A stretch of DNA of 64,000 nucleotides from assembly GCA_903813345.2 (NCBI GenBank), contig CAIIXF020000001.1:31248001-31312000 (forward strand), in the 5' to 3' direction. Below the pieces are notes generated by a model. It did not search any database and was not told where the DNA came from. It saw only the letters and a list, made by a program, of their open reading frames with translations. The translations under genes and the position numbers were made by a program. This stretch comes from Owenia fusiformis (taxonomy: Eukaryota). Positions 49,446-62,783 of this stretch are shown here, one piece after another. Numbering within the stretch: position 1 is the first letter of the stretch; the number at the start of each line of letters is the position of its first letter.

Positions 49446-52400
49446 CAGTTTCATGCAACACTCAAGTATCTTAATGATTGAACTTGTCTCAAGGCCAGAG
49501 GAAATGAATGAAAAAGAGTATTTTGTTTTCATTAAGAGCTATTCATTTCTTTGATAATGTGATTGTTTTTGCTTTGTTGAGATAAATCAAAACATACCAC
49601 AATGTAGTATGTACCTTGAAACACTAAGCAAATTAACAATATTGAGGCTTTTACTCTGGCATTGAGACACTGATGTAGTCAGAGGAGGTTATGAACATCC
49701 AGCAAATTGCTACGTCAAAGGATCATGGGCTTGCGAACCCTCTGTGTAGCTCTATCTGTTGGATTTTCATCTCCCTGGAGTTCTAGATGTAGTGGATGGA
49801 AAAGCAATACGGTCTACTCTACAGCACCATGCCCCTGTAGTATGGGATATACAGTATAAGACAGTAAAACAGACTAGTGCGTGAAATAAAGCAGAGAACA
49901 ATAGCAGTAGTATACAGTTCCATTCATATGCATGTTTAATATCATAGTTTATACATTACACATTGATTAGTTAGTACGAGTAGTATAAGTATAGTATTGG
50001 AGTAAATAAAGTGTATAGAGAACTGAAGAATGGTGTCTAACAGTACATAGAACAGTAGTACACAGGTTGACACTAGATATAATAGAACTAATCCAACACA
50101 CACTGTGTACCACCAGACTCAATAGTGCTAGAAATACTCATGTGCTTTGAGTATAGATACTCAATGTAAGACTCGAGCATTCTAGAAATGATCGTGTGGC
50201 TCGGGTATGATACTCAAACTTTGACTCAAAGTGATCAAAGTTGTATGTGTAATCAAACAAGACAACTCAAAGAAAATGAGTTGATATCCTCGAAAAAGTA
50301 CTCAAGAGAGTTAAGTGAGTCTATTGGTACTCAAGATGCACAGATTGGGTTCTTGTACTGAAAACTAAACCAATAAGGCAGCAGTGGTTATGAGTGTGCA
50401 AAGATATGGAGAATACAATATCTACAGTATATGGCCAGATGTATATGTAGTCTGCTGTGCTTATATACCACCCTGTGGTCTATACACGCACAGCCACGCC
50501 CATATATGTCATATTAATAAGCATAACAACCAATTCATACCATATAAGGGAGAACATAAGTTTCAACTTGTAAAAACTGTATTAAAATCAATCAATCTAA
50601 AATCAAAATCATAATCATGAACTTTTGGCATCAATCACTAAATTGTATATGTGAGAAGTTTCTCTTCATTCAGCATGTATTTCTGCTAATGGAATAGGAT
50701 TTTACTGTAGAATCCTATGTTCTCTCTTTGTTGGCTTCTAAACACACAAAAAGGTAGTTATAGTACAGTATAATAATGGTCAAGTAGTTGCCATGGTATA
50801 TATGAAAATAAAGATTTGCAGATATACTTTATCTAACTATACAGAATAGTTTTCTTATATATATAGTATATTACAGATTTTAGATCAGATATGAAAAGCT
50901 GTCAAGATTGTGTTTTCCTTCCCGTTTTTGTTCAAACACCAAGACTAAGACAATTAATCTCATTTTATTACAAAAATGGTTTTAATAATATCTCTGTTTT
51001 TCTGCTGATTACAGCTTATAAATCACCATTTCTCTTAAAAATGACATCTCTTTTATACCAGTCAGTGTCTTATAATAACAATAATAACAACACTCTGCTG
51101 TAGCTTTGGGATACAATAACTGCGAATCCTCAAAAGAGGATAGATATACAGTTCTTTGAATAAATAAAAATGAGTATACGCTGTATTCTTCTTTATATCA
51201 ATAAAAAGCTACAAAATTTGTTGCTTTGTTCCCTTTTAATGAACTAGGCACATGATGTCCCCCAATAGGTGGCTGTATACATAGTGTACAAACCACCAAA
51301 CAGGGGGCTCTCAGATCTGGGATACCGGGTAAATAACATGACAGTCCAGATTTCAGCTAGCTCGCTGAACAATGGGATATCTAACACATACAATGTCTAA
51401 TCAGTTGAAATAACACAACTGGAATGGAGAAAAAAAAATATGATCTATATAACAGTATATATGCACAGTGGATGGTCTAGTAACCAAAAACACAAGTTTG
51501 CTCTCAGTATATCTATTATATCAGAGCACTATGTACAAAAGGGTGTGGCAGGTGGTACTGCAACAAGGGAACAACAGTATGCAGGAGACTATATAGATTT
51601 ATATCAGAATATACACATACATATGCATTCTATTATACCCTTGTGTTGTAGAACCACCTCAAATTAATTTGGGAAAATACATTTAAATTTGGTACTTGCT
51701 GAATTCATTAAAACAATTAATTTGAAAACAACCCAATTGAATGAACTTTAAAATGCAACAAAGTATAACAAGGTAAATCACTGAGTAATATAACAAAGAT
51801 CACCTAAAGGGTGACAAATGCCAAACCACTGCACTCTTGGATTGATTAATCTTGGATTTCAATACTAATAATTACAAAGTACCATATCTCTAGTACAAAG
51901 CGCTTCTTCTCTTCCATTTAGAACATTCCACCATAAAATAGCATTGTTTAGTCCAATCCACTCACACCATCTGCTCAGAAAATCATTTATAAATTTAATA
52001 AAATCATATCTTGGTATCTGTTTACATATCTTTATAGTTGATCTGTATTCAAAGTCACATTTCATGAAACAAGTCACATGAAACAGGTGGTGTATTTGTA
52101 GTGGCCTAGACTAAACTGGGCAAATCTAATTGATGATTGACTTTTTGCGAGTTTTAGTTTCAGATCAATTTGTCCTGTCATGGAAAATAACATCAAATTA
52201 CCTGAATAAAGAAAACATATACAGTACATGATTTATGAGACAATACAAATTTTAAAAATCATTCTTACTTTGGCATAAGCGCAAGACAAGACACTTGTTA
52301 CTTCACTAACCTTCAAGTTCAACATACCGAACGAGAAACTCAACTATTTTATCTAATAGTAGATCAGATATAAAGTATTGTATACTAATAAACTTGCAAT

Positions 52401-53441
52401 TGTTTATGTTATAAAGACACTCTACTCAAAGCACATGATTTCATGTTCAGAGTTCATTTTAAGAAAGTTCTCTAAATTTTTCAAAAAATCCATGTACTCT
52501 ACAATATTGGAAACATTTACAGATGACCTAAATTTAATTACACTTATTGGAAAAATGACTCTAAATTTTGACATATTTTCCAACTTTACATAATACATAA
52601 TGTAAAAATATATATCCAAATTACCTCAATATAATAACCCCGTATAATATATTGAACACCCAAATGCAAAAATAGGAATTATAAAAAGGTTCACTATTCT
52701 AAATTGCAGAATGATGGTGTATTACATTCTTGTAACACGTGGCTACAAAAGCTATGAAAATAACATTAGGTTAAGTCCACTGATGTATGAAATAACAGAC
52801 GATCATGTGACTCTCCTGAAATATTTGGTCAGGACAAGTCCCATGACCAACTGTGATTCACAATACATCCAATGGAGCAGCTTTTGCTGTGCCACAAACC
52901 CCATGTGACTGACCACTTCTCAAACCTGTTAATTCTCCAGGCTTGATTCTTTCACTGTGCAGCCTGGTAGAGTTGATATGTTGTCACTGGATTTCCATGT
53001 CACAATCAGGTCCTACACCAATACACTGTCCAGCTACAGGGCCTCCCTGCCCCAACACTATTCGCATTGGTAAGCCACATTGGAATTGTCTGTTCTTTTG
53101 TAACTTGATCTCCCTCCTACTTTAATATATTTCTATAAACTCTACAGTGTACTATTTACTTTGTATCACATTTAGACAAATGTCGCATGATTTGCCAATA
53201 GTTGCCATCTATCTAAAGTGCAAATATGTATATACCCCAGCACTATGGGCAAACTAGGCGACATTTCCTGACCATATATGGTAAGGTCACATGAGGCTGA
53301 GATCGTGTGCTGTGATTGGTCTATACACCACAGGTCACTCACATAAATTAGCTGAGAAATGTGTTTGGAATTTTGTACATGTTAAGGCCAGACTTTCCGT
53401 ACACCATTGTGATGTCACTGATGATGTCACTGATGGCTAGA

Positions 53442-56400
53442 TCATATCGTGGATTTAGAGAAGGATACTCTGAGATGTACGGAGTCCCCAAGTTGATAAT
53501 TGTGCATTGCCATTAGAGCCGTCACTGCCTCATCCACAGACCCTAGCTGTATCAGTGCCATCTTTCTGTCTTTTCTGAAAACATCCCATTTCAATATACA
53601 TGTACATTTCTAACAGAAAATATGAAAAAAATATATACATTTCTATAACAATTGCTCACTCAACAATCACTAAATTTTGTAAAAGAAGATTTTGCCTAAA
53701 ACAATAGTTGTCCTAACATTGTCCATACTAAACAATGTGCATGTCGTTAAAAGAAACACAGAAACAATATCATATTTAATAAATATGAGTTAAAAATAGA
53801 ATATTTTTATCTATGGATGCAGGTTGAGTGCTTGAGTTACTGAGCATATTTGTAGATTGGAAACAAAAGTTGAAACCCTTCGGGGTCATTTAGATTCATA
53901 ATTCATAAACCATCGGCCGATGCAAGGCCTTTAGATTGCCATATAGCATGCCTAAGTTTCATAAATATTGGAAAAGTTGAGTTAGATGTAGGTAATAAAC
54001 CATTAACTACAAACATCATGATCTGATGTAACATATTAATTATTTACAACTACAATAGACTTCTGATTAGAAGGTCAAAAATGAGTAAGACTAGCAAATA
54101 TAACATGGATATTGATTGGAAAATTGAACTATTTATAAATATAAATTGTGCATGCCAGAGCTGATGAAAGGTATTGACTTGCCAGCTAGGAATAAATTCT
54201 AAATGTGGCAAAGCACTTCAGAATAGAACATGCAATTTCCCACCCACAATTTTATGAGTATATTTTTTTATTTATTCATTTTTAAGTTGCTTTTACAGAA
54301 ATAACTTTGCAAGTTGATTTAAGGCTCTCAAAAGAAAATAGAATGACCAACTAGAGTGTTTAAAACAATACACTGTACTTACTGGAAAAATTTAAAGGCG
54401 GTGACTTGTGCCCCTGCATTTTCAAAAGCTTCCTTGATTTCTTCCTCAGATACTGTGGGTCTATAAACAAAGGAAATATGTTCTGATTAAATATTTAAAC
54501 AAGTCTACTTTCAGCTTGAAATGTGGTGGTCATTGGCTATGTCTATGTTAAGGCAACTATTATTGCATCATCAATGTGCTTTACAAATTTAAAAGTAGTA
54601 AAAACATGTATCAGTGAGATACTATAACAGGTCTACTTACGGAATGTTGGATAGATGTAGGGTACTGGAGGGTGGGAATATGTTGTGATGATTCTTGGAA
54701 TTGGGTTTTTTAAATCTGTGTAGTGGAGAATTCACATAGTCTTTGGTCAATCCTGCATCCTGAAATACAACATATCCAGATCTAATATGCATGAAGTCGT
54801 AGGGCTACTTCATAGTGGTACTTCCCCCACACATATAACCCCAAAGAAAGATGAAAACTAGACATTTCATGCCAAACAGAGGCACTCAGTATCTATATAA
54901 ATATTATATTTGGAGGTAATGTAACAATTTATAATCAAACATAATCACTCGAGCTATTATATACTCAATACTTGTCATTTATGATGGGTAGATCTCGCAA
55001 GGCCACCTTAAGTTTGACTACATTTTGCGCTGTGCACATTTTCCAATGAGTTTACTTACAGGCTGTCCCTCCTTAGGCATAGAGACTACTGCATGTTTAG
55101 ATGGTGCCACCTTGATCTGTTTGCCCCACACTTTTACCTTGTCTAAATGTGTCATTGCTGGAGATAAGAAACATCATAACGAATAAATAATAAATGCTTA
55201 TGTGTTAGAATGAACAAAACAAAATGAAGATTCACCCACCTCTCATTTTTGTCAATTATATGAAAAGAAAATTAGATAAAAATACAAATTAATTAATGAA
55301 CAAAGACACTCAAAATGATGTTTTCTATAGCTATATAAGCAATCTACTGCAAGATAAACTGGAAAATAAAGAATAAAATATATCAGATGTTACCTTGCTG
55401 AGCCTGGTTGGGATCAGCGAACTGCACCAGCGCATTGTCCTTCTTATTGAACATTATCTTCACCCTATGTACATCCCCGTATACACCTACACACAAATCA
55501 AACATGTTACTCCTAGCAACAAATACACTAGTCACTATAGCAACCAATGGGCAGCCATAGCAACCATTTATTAACATACCAATTGACAACACAGAGAGTT
55601 TGATTTAGTGACGCTACATAAAGATCAGATCAGATATAATAAAATAAAAAATGAGAATACTGTAAATTGTTGTTTTAGTATGAAAGGAACTGAGGCGAGA
55701 TGAGATGATGAAACGACATGCCTTCTACTGTTATATCAAGGTAGTTTAGTGGTCAGAACTAACAAGACCACATATCTCCATTGGGAATTACAAAGAGTGC
55801 ATGAATAGCGGCTATATCACACTACGGCTTATTAATATATACATTATTTATGTACAAACACATGTATGCCTGAATCTGCGGCTACATTAGACAAGAAAAT
55901 AAATAGTGCTTACAAACGTACCAAAAAGGGTAAAGAGAGCATCGGGCGTGACCTTCTATAGTTGTAGAGCCAGAGTATGGATAGCATAGTGGAGAAAGTG
56001 TCCAGAGAGAGTCCACATGTAGGTAGATGACACCCAGCGAGGGACGGGAACAAAAGAAAAAGGGAATAAATCATTGTAGTCAAATCACAATGTGAAAAAA
56101 TTATATGCGACTGCATGATTATTACAGGGTTGATTTGTGTTGGTTGTTGGTTGGTACATGTATGGCTTTAATTAAGTTGTAAACAGCGGAACAGCATTTC
56201 TTTGATTAGTTGCTGTAAATGCTTTATCAACTGACTGCCCAATACAGAGTAATTCTACTGCATTGACCGATCTATGGCATGCAGTCAGATATATAGAGCA
56301 TGGGCATGCAGATGAGACTTATTAAGATCATTTTGTTGTCTTATAATATACATTAAAACATGAAGCTGCCAATTCTGCAAATTGGTTTTAAAGCTGCAAG

Positions 56401-59400
56401 CAAGCCAATTTTCTCAAAATGTAAGCTATTTTCCCCCTACCTCCCCATCATTCACAATTTCTACAAATATATTTCTTGTGCTTTCAGATTCTATATTCCC
56501 AGTGAAAGTATAAGGTAGGGAAGAATTTAAATCATTCTTGTTTATTCATGTTGTTTATTTTGCACCATTTGCAAGTATTTACACATCCATGTACTTCTTG
56601 AGGAATCTCAGATCTCTAAAATGCCCCTAATCCCAATGAATGCTTTTATCTCCAAGTACAGCATCTAACAATGGTCTAATTCAGCGATCAAATGACAAAA
56701 TGAATGATATTCTGCAATGATATTGTTCAGCTTGTTTGTTTAAACCATTTTAGAGAGCAATCAAAAACAAGTTTACAGCTTTGTAACTATTTCTTTATGG
56801 GGAAATAATCGTTTAAATATTGAATTCTACAAGGCAATGGACAGTTTTCATGCTCAAAAAAATTGTAACATCAAAATAAGCCTAAAGGATCCAGCTACAC
56901 TCTGTTAAGCATGATAAAAGGCAAGAAGTTTAGTTAGAAATAAAAGAGTTATCTCATGAATGGGACCCTTACATAGCTCCTAAAAGGTAGAAGACACTAA
57001 ATGGTGTAACACTATAAGGTGAATTTTGTCCACATAGAGCATGTGCACAATACTAAAGACATGTAAAATTGAACTGTCAAAAGAACTGAAATATACTTAC
57101 CAGCTCGCCTCTACCGGAAGTTATGATACGTTATGGTGTAACTATGGTAATTAATTTTAAAATATTGAAAAAATCACAAAATACAAGTTCTGAGGTATAT
57201 ATCATTCTTAAGAGAATTAGCCCATACTATGACTATATATTCGCACCCCCATATACAGATATATATATAAACTTCATATTCACAATAAATTGAGCTTCTT
57301 TCAAATTTCCATTTTTTGAGATAAGTGCCATTTTCTTACAATTCAAGCCATAAAAATAGTTGGAAAGTGCTTCCCAGTTGAGGTTAATGGCTTTTATTTA
57401 CTTCGGTCCAAAGCCTTCTCTATATTCCGGCTTTGAGGAGGAAGATTGAGCTGCCTTAGTATTATAAATATTGTAAATCATTGTGTCACACGCACAGTAA
57501 ATATGGCATAATAATATGAAATATACCTTTATGTATAGATTTGAAGAACATCAGCTCACATCCCCGTCTGAATCTATTGTTATATTTGATTTCTTTAAGC
57601 GAGAATAATTTCAAATGTTATTCACGTCCAGAACCGGAAGCCATTTTTAGCTACAGCGAGAAAATTTCACCATGTGTCAAACTCCGAAATGAAATTTTGA
57701 AATATCTAAATCCAGACAAGCAACACTTCATCCTAAATATGATTAATATTCTTAAAAATATTTATAAAATTTATTAAAAATGAGTTCTAGGTGCGTGTAG
57801 GTGCGTGTAGCACAGTACATACGAAATCAATGAAGTTTCGTCTAGCTGTAAGCTAGAGACTCGAGTAAGCTTTTATACTTACATTAATGTATGGAGCACT
57901 TAAAATGTACTTAGAATCGTATAAATAGCTCTATTCTGTGAGATTTATTTTTGTTTTTATTTTTACATTTTTCTCACCTCATAATTGAAGAGCTCCGCTG
58001 TTGATTTACATTCAGTTACACGTATTTCCTTGAAAATTCGCCATGATTGGAACAAATGATGGTTGGTTTATGTTTTATTCATTTAGTTTGTATTTGAATC
58101 TAGCTACTTAAACACAAAACATGTCTTCGTGTTATGCTAAAGAGCAAAGATCGCGAATTCTAGGTGAAGCCAATTATTTTGCACAAGTCATATCCTGATT
58201 GCATCATAGTTACTTTGTACTAGTCACATCCTGATTGCATCAGCCAATTCACGTGATTTACAGGTTACACATGGTTCAAGGAGGATTGGCTCCCAGAGTG
58301 CAACATCGATATTCTGTCCCATATACAAGGGGCGATCCATATATTCTGATAAAAATGCTCTCATTTTGTGATTCTTTCACATATCCCTCTCATTTTTTCA
58401 GAAAATGTGGATTATGTAATTACACATACAATGCTAAAATATTATAGCTATATCTTAAATTATCAATGAGATAAGGCTGCCATGGTAACCTGTATTAAGG
58501 GTAGGCAGGTCAATTTAATTATTATAACATATAAATATCAAAATAACTTGTTATTTTAATTATTTTAAAGCATGTGGAAATCATGCATTTTTTCTAAAAA
58601 AGTTTGGTATTGTTACTCGTTGTTTGTTGCTAAACAAATGTTTATATGTGCTCACTATAACATCACAACAAATCACAATAGCATTGTAGGACAGAATGGG
58701 CCAATTGACATTACATGTTATGAGACACACCAAAAATCAAATTGTCAGATTAGGTTAATGTGGCTGATGCAGAGTGTCACATTAACTGATATATTAGGGA
58801 ATACCATTAGATTTTCCATTATTCTTTCAAGAATAAGTAAGAGGACACTGTCAGAGACATACATGGACTCATAAAGTGCATGGGCAAGGTGTTATATCTG
58901 CATAAAGAATATATAGGTAGTATTGTAAAGAGGAAAGCATGGTCACTGTTGAAGATCATCCGCAATCTGATTGCAAGAAGAGCTTGCGGACAGAGAATAA
59001 CACTACGATAAATTGAGATGTTACTTATGAAAAGATAGCTATCCCACTGGATAAATTATCAAACAAGGGCAACAGGGGTATGGAACAGATAAATGAATAG
59101 TTGGCAATGACTGGAAGATACGTTTGATCTGCTTAAAATAGGTACCGAGGAATGATTAAATTAACATATTTATCTATTTTAGACGTTATAATTTAACTGA
59201 CCTGCCTACCCTAAATACAGGTTACCATGGCAACCTTATTTCAAAATTAATTTAAGATACAGCTAAAATATTTTAGCATCGTATGTGTAATTACATAATC
59301 TACATGTTCTGAAAAAATGAAAGGGATATGTGAAAAAATCACAAAATGAGAGCATTTTTATCAGAATATATGGATCGCCCCTTGTATAGGCATGTCGTGC

Positions 59401-62400
59401 TACAAAATTTGAATTCCAACAGCCGCCATTTTGTTCACTTCAACATTTGAATCGTGAATTTTGGTCTTATTTCCTAACGAAAAATTCCAAAACTCACAGG
59501 AAATGATCGAGATATTGGTTCCAATCTTTTGAACTGTTTATTTTGAATTTATAATCGGTTATAATTTCAGAAAATAACGACATCTCGGCGTTTTCATTGT
59601 TGGAAAATATCGACTTCGATTCTGGGAGCCAATCCTCCTTGACATGGTTTCAATATACATGTTATACTACTTCCGGGTAGGGTAGTGTTTTTTATACTTT
59701 AAAAACGAAGCCATTTCGATCAGTTTTTATAATCTTTGGTAGAACTGAGAGGTATTACAATACATATTTAAATTAATACACATGAGTGTATTTGATGAAC
59801 TCTCAAAAAATAAAACCCACAATAATATCTTTTTTATTCACAATTTCATGTCATTGTTTCTAACAAGTCGCCTCTTTCTCTCTTTTCTTTATTTTTGTCA
59901 ACAGTCAAAATCGGAATTTAAAACTTGGTTTCTTTACAAGCTCTGCTTCTGTAAATACTAAATAACATGAAAAATGTTAAACCTTACATCCTACACTTAT
60001 TTGATATGAAATAGGCGATCATTGATATCATTTTGTGCTGTTAAGTGTGGATCTTTTAATTTTTTAGTCAAACTTGATCGTTGATCTCTGTCGATGTGAC
60101 GTCACGCATTAAGTATGCACGCATGGGCAGTACAATACATAAGGCAATATGGCGTCTTAGGCCTATACATGAGCCAGAATGGAGGTCTGCAAGTTGAAAT
60201 GAATATGTTTGTTTATGCATCAATCGATCACACATATAATCCAGACAATCTTTCAAATCATATACTTAACATTGTAATGGATTTATTTATTTTGTGAGCT
60301 AACGTTCCCTTTAATTTTCATTGGTGAAGCAATGATTTTACCTAAAATGAGTCCCTGTCTTTGCATAGTGATATTTAAAAATCGAGAAGCAAAACCTATG
60401 TTGAATATACTTGATGAAGTTTATATAGCCTAGGGGAACTCAAAAATATTGTTATTATATCGGCAAATTCGCTCGAAAATGGTTGTACACCCTAGAAATT
60501 GAATGTTGTTCATTTTTTCAATATTTTAAAATTAATTACCGTAGTTACACCATAACGTATCATAACTTCCGGTAGAGGCGAGCTGGTGAGTAATTTCTAT
60601 TATTTTGACAGTTCAATTTTACATGTCTTTAGTATTGTGCACATGCTCTATGTGGACAAAATTCAGCTTATAGTGTTACACCATTTAGTGTATTCTACCT
60701 TTTAGGAGCCATGTAAGGGTCCCATTCATTAGATAACTCTTTTATTTCTAACTAAACTTCTTGCCTTTTATCATGCTTAACAGAGTTTAGTAATGTTAAC
60801 TTAACTATACATATGCATGTAAAGTAAACAGGTGACAGCTTATCTAAGGAGACCAGGAATATAGTCATTGTAAGAAAAGTGCCCACATTGAAAAGAAGGC
60901 ATTGTGGACTTCGAAAAATTCATAACTTAGGCATCCCAAGTCTTTATCAAAATAAATAACTTTCTATGGGATTCTGAAATATGAAGTTTTCTAAAGTCCA
61001 CCTCCGTAGTTTAACAGATAGCTTGTCTGGGATTAAAAGTGAGATGGTAGCATGGTTGGAGCGTGATCCCTGCCCAATGCCCTGTTTAGAATGGAAATAT
61101 ACAAATATATCAACAAAAAATTTGCAAATGCAAAATTGAATATTCAAATCAATGCATGAGCGAGAGTGAATATTTACACTGCATTGCAGTAGCTGCTGAA
61201 CAAACTAAATATATACAGTTATGAATCGGCTACAACAATATTTGAAAACTTGTAATATAAATGCAGAAATATGGAAGAAAACCACAGGAACAGCACATTC
61301 TCAGTTTTATGGTTCTAAAAGGTTGGAGAAATCAAGATTTTTCAAATGCAGAGAAACTTAAGCCCAGTATACACAATGAAATGCATTTTATGATCATTTC
61401 AATATTTTGCTTATTTCAATTTCAATCATTTGAAATGGTTTGATCATTTCCAATTTTATTTGCTTCACATGAGAGAAGAAAACCCTAGAATAGCTGCTTT
61501 TAGGCATTTTCCCATTTGAAGACCCAGATGTGTTAAATGGTTGAAATGAAAGTAGGACAGTTCCTTGTTTCAAACATTTTGTTGAGTGTTCTGCCTGAGG
61601 TAAAAAGATCACTGTTTATTTTTTGTACTGTTCCACTGTTTCAAGCAATCCACTTGCATTTCAAGCATTTTGCCTGCCAGTGTATACAGGGCTTTAGGCC
61701 CTCAAGCTTAGGGAGTTTCCATGCTCCCTTCAACATGATTCCCCTTTACTGTGATATTGGTTGGCTATGTGCTAGTGAGGGGTCTGTTGAAGAATACAGA
61801 AGGATAGCCAGCTAGCCTGTCATAAGAGGGTCTATCAGGGCATAAAACAGTATCTTCACAGACCCCCTCCTACATTGAGGGTATACTGGATGACAGGGAG
61901 TGTTAGAAACATGTATTTATATACTGCACCTGTTCGTTCAGGTTTGATACAAGGAGCACAGTTCCGGCACCCATCCCCACCTGTCCTGGCATTCGAAGTC
62001 CCATGGTGGCTGCTGCATGAGGCATCCCTGGGTAGCCCATAGGTAAGGCCGCTATAACAAAACACAAGGGCAATGTTAGTACACATGCATATACATATAT
62101 TCAGTAGTCCCTTCACTTCCTTTCCAGGGCTCATCAGCTGGATTACTGGACCTCACTCACTTGTGTTATATTAATTACTTATTTATTAAAAGCATAATTG
62201 ATTCCTTATGAAAATTAATATATTAAAACGTAAAGTTAAGCTGCTTAAATATATGGTTGGACTTGCTGCGTTAAGTAATATAAAAGCGCAGGACAACATA
62301 ATTTACTGGTCTAGGGGTAACTTAGTGAACAATTGTTAGTGATCAGCGGCCATTGTGAAGCTAAGCCATACACAGACATGCTATCACCCCTAGCACTACA

Positions 62401-62783
62401 TCTTTAATGGAGCAGCCCACATTGAGGGACTAAAGTGATTCATTCACTCTGAGCTAGTAATGAGGGGTGATAGGATGAATCACGTGTAGGTGGGATGACT
62501 ACACAATAACATGCTGACAGCTATACATGGCGCAGAAACAAAACTTCCTATAAACCAACCACTAAAACAGCCCATAAATCCACTATACCCCCTCTATCTA
62601 AGCCCCTGCTCCCATGTATAGCTATCAGTGGTGGTGGTGAGCCATGCGTACCTTGCATACCAGGAAGACCCTGCATTTGAGTGGGGCTGGGGATCATCCC
62701 CTGTAAGCCCTGCATGCCTGCCATTCCTGCTGGCATACCTGGGACAAACCCATGAATACCCATTCCCTGGGATGTCGGTGGAG
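53442..62783 (-). CDS. PTBP: Polypyrimidine tract-binding protein (PTB/hephaestus family), RRM2-3 linker, RRM3 and RRM4; the 5' part lies beyond the right edge
   Basis: Phase-consistent exons 62652-62783, 61930-62051, 55922-55955, 55394-55486, 55060-55157, 54641-54759, 54383-54460, 53442-53574. The translation includes [74 protein letters not shown] and KDRKMALIQ...[11 protein letters not shown]. Confidence 0.96.
55956..56110 (-). promoter_or_regulatory. Extended AG-free, pyrimidine-rich 3' splice-site region of the 34-nt PTB exon
   Basis: No AG on the minus strand for ~153 nt upstream of the acceptor. It contains TTCCCTTTTTCTTTTG, CTCTCTCT and CTTTCTCC tracts. Confidence 0.7.
58277..59641. 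mobile_element. hAT-type element with 8-bp TSD (middle layer)
   Basis: CAAGGAGGATTGGCTCCCAGA...TCTGGGAGCCAATCCTCCTTG flanked by the perfect duplication acatggtt (58269-58276, 59642-59649). Confidence 0.9.
58326..59384. mobile_element. Tc1/mariner-type MITE with ~200-bp TIRs (inner layer)
   Basis: ta|CAAGGGGCGATCCATATATTCTG...CAGAATATATGGATCGCCCCTTG|ta. Confidence 0.9.

Larger units (their letters stand above)
56898..60787. mobile_element. Non-autonomous element with ~275-bp TIRs and TA flanks in a PTB intron (outer layer of a nest)
   Basis: 56898-57175 is the near-perfect reverse complement of 60512-60787, with TA on both sides. Confidence 0.9.

Noticed and set aside
53436..53444. Stop-codon readthrough in PTB
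   Set aside because: The context is TGA TCT AG, not the TGA CTA G motif, and the C-terminus already matches the family end SKSTI.
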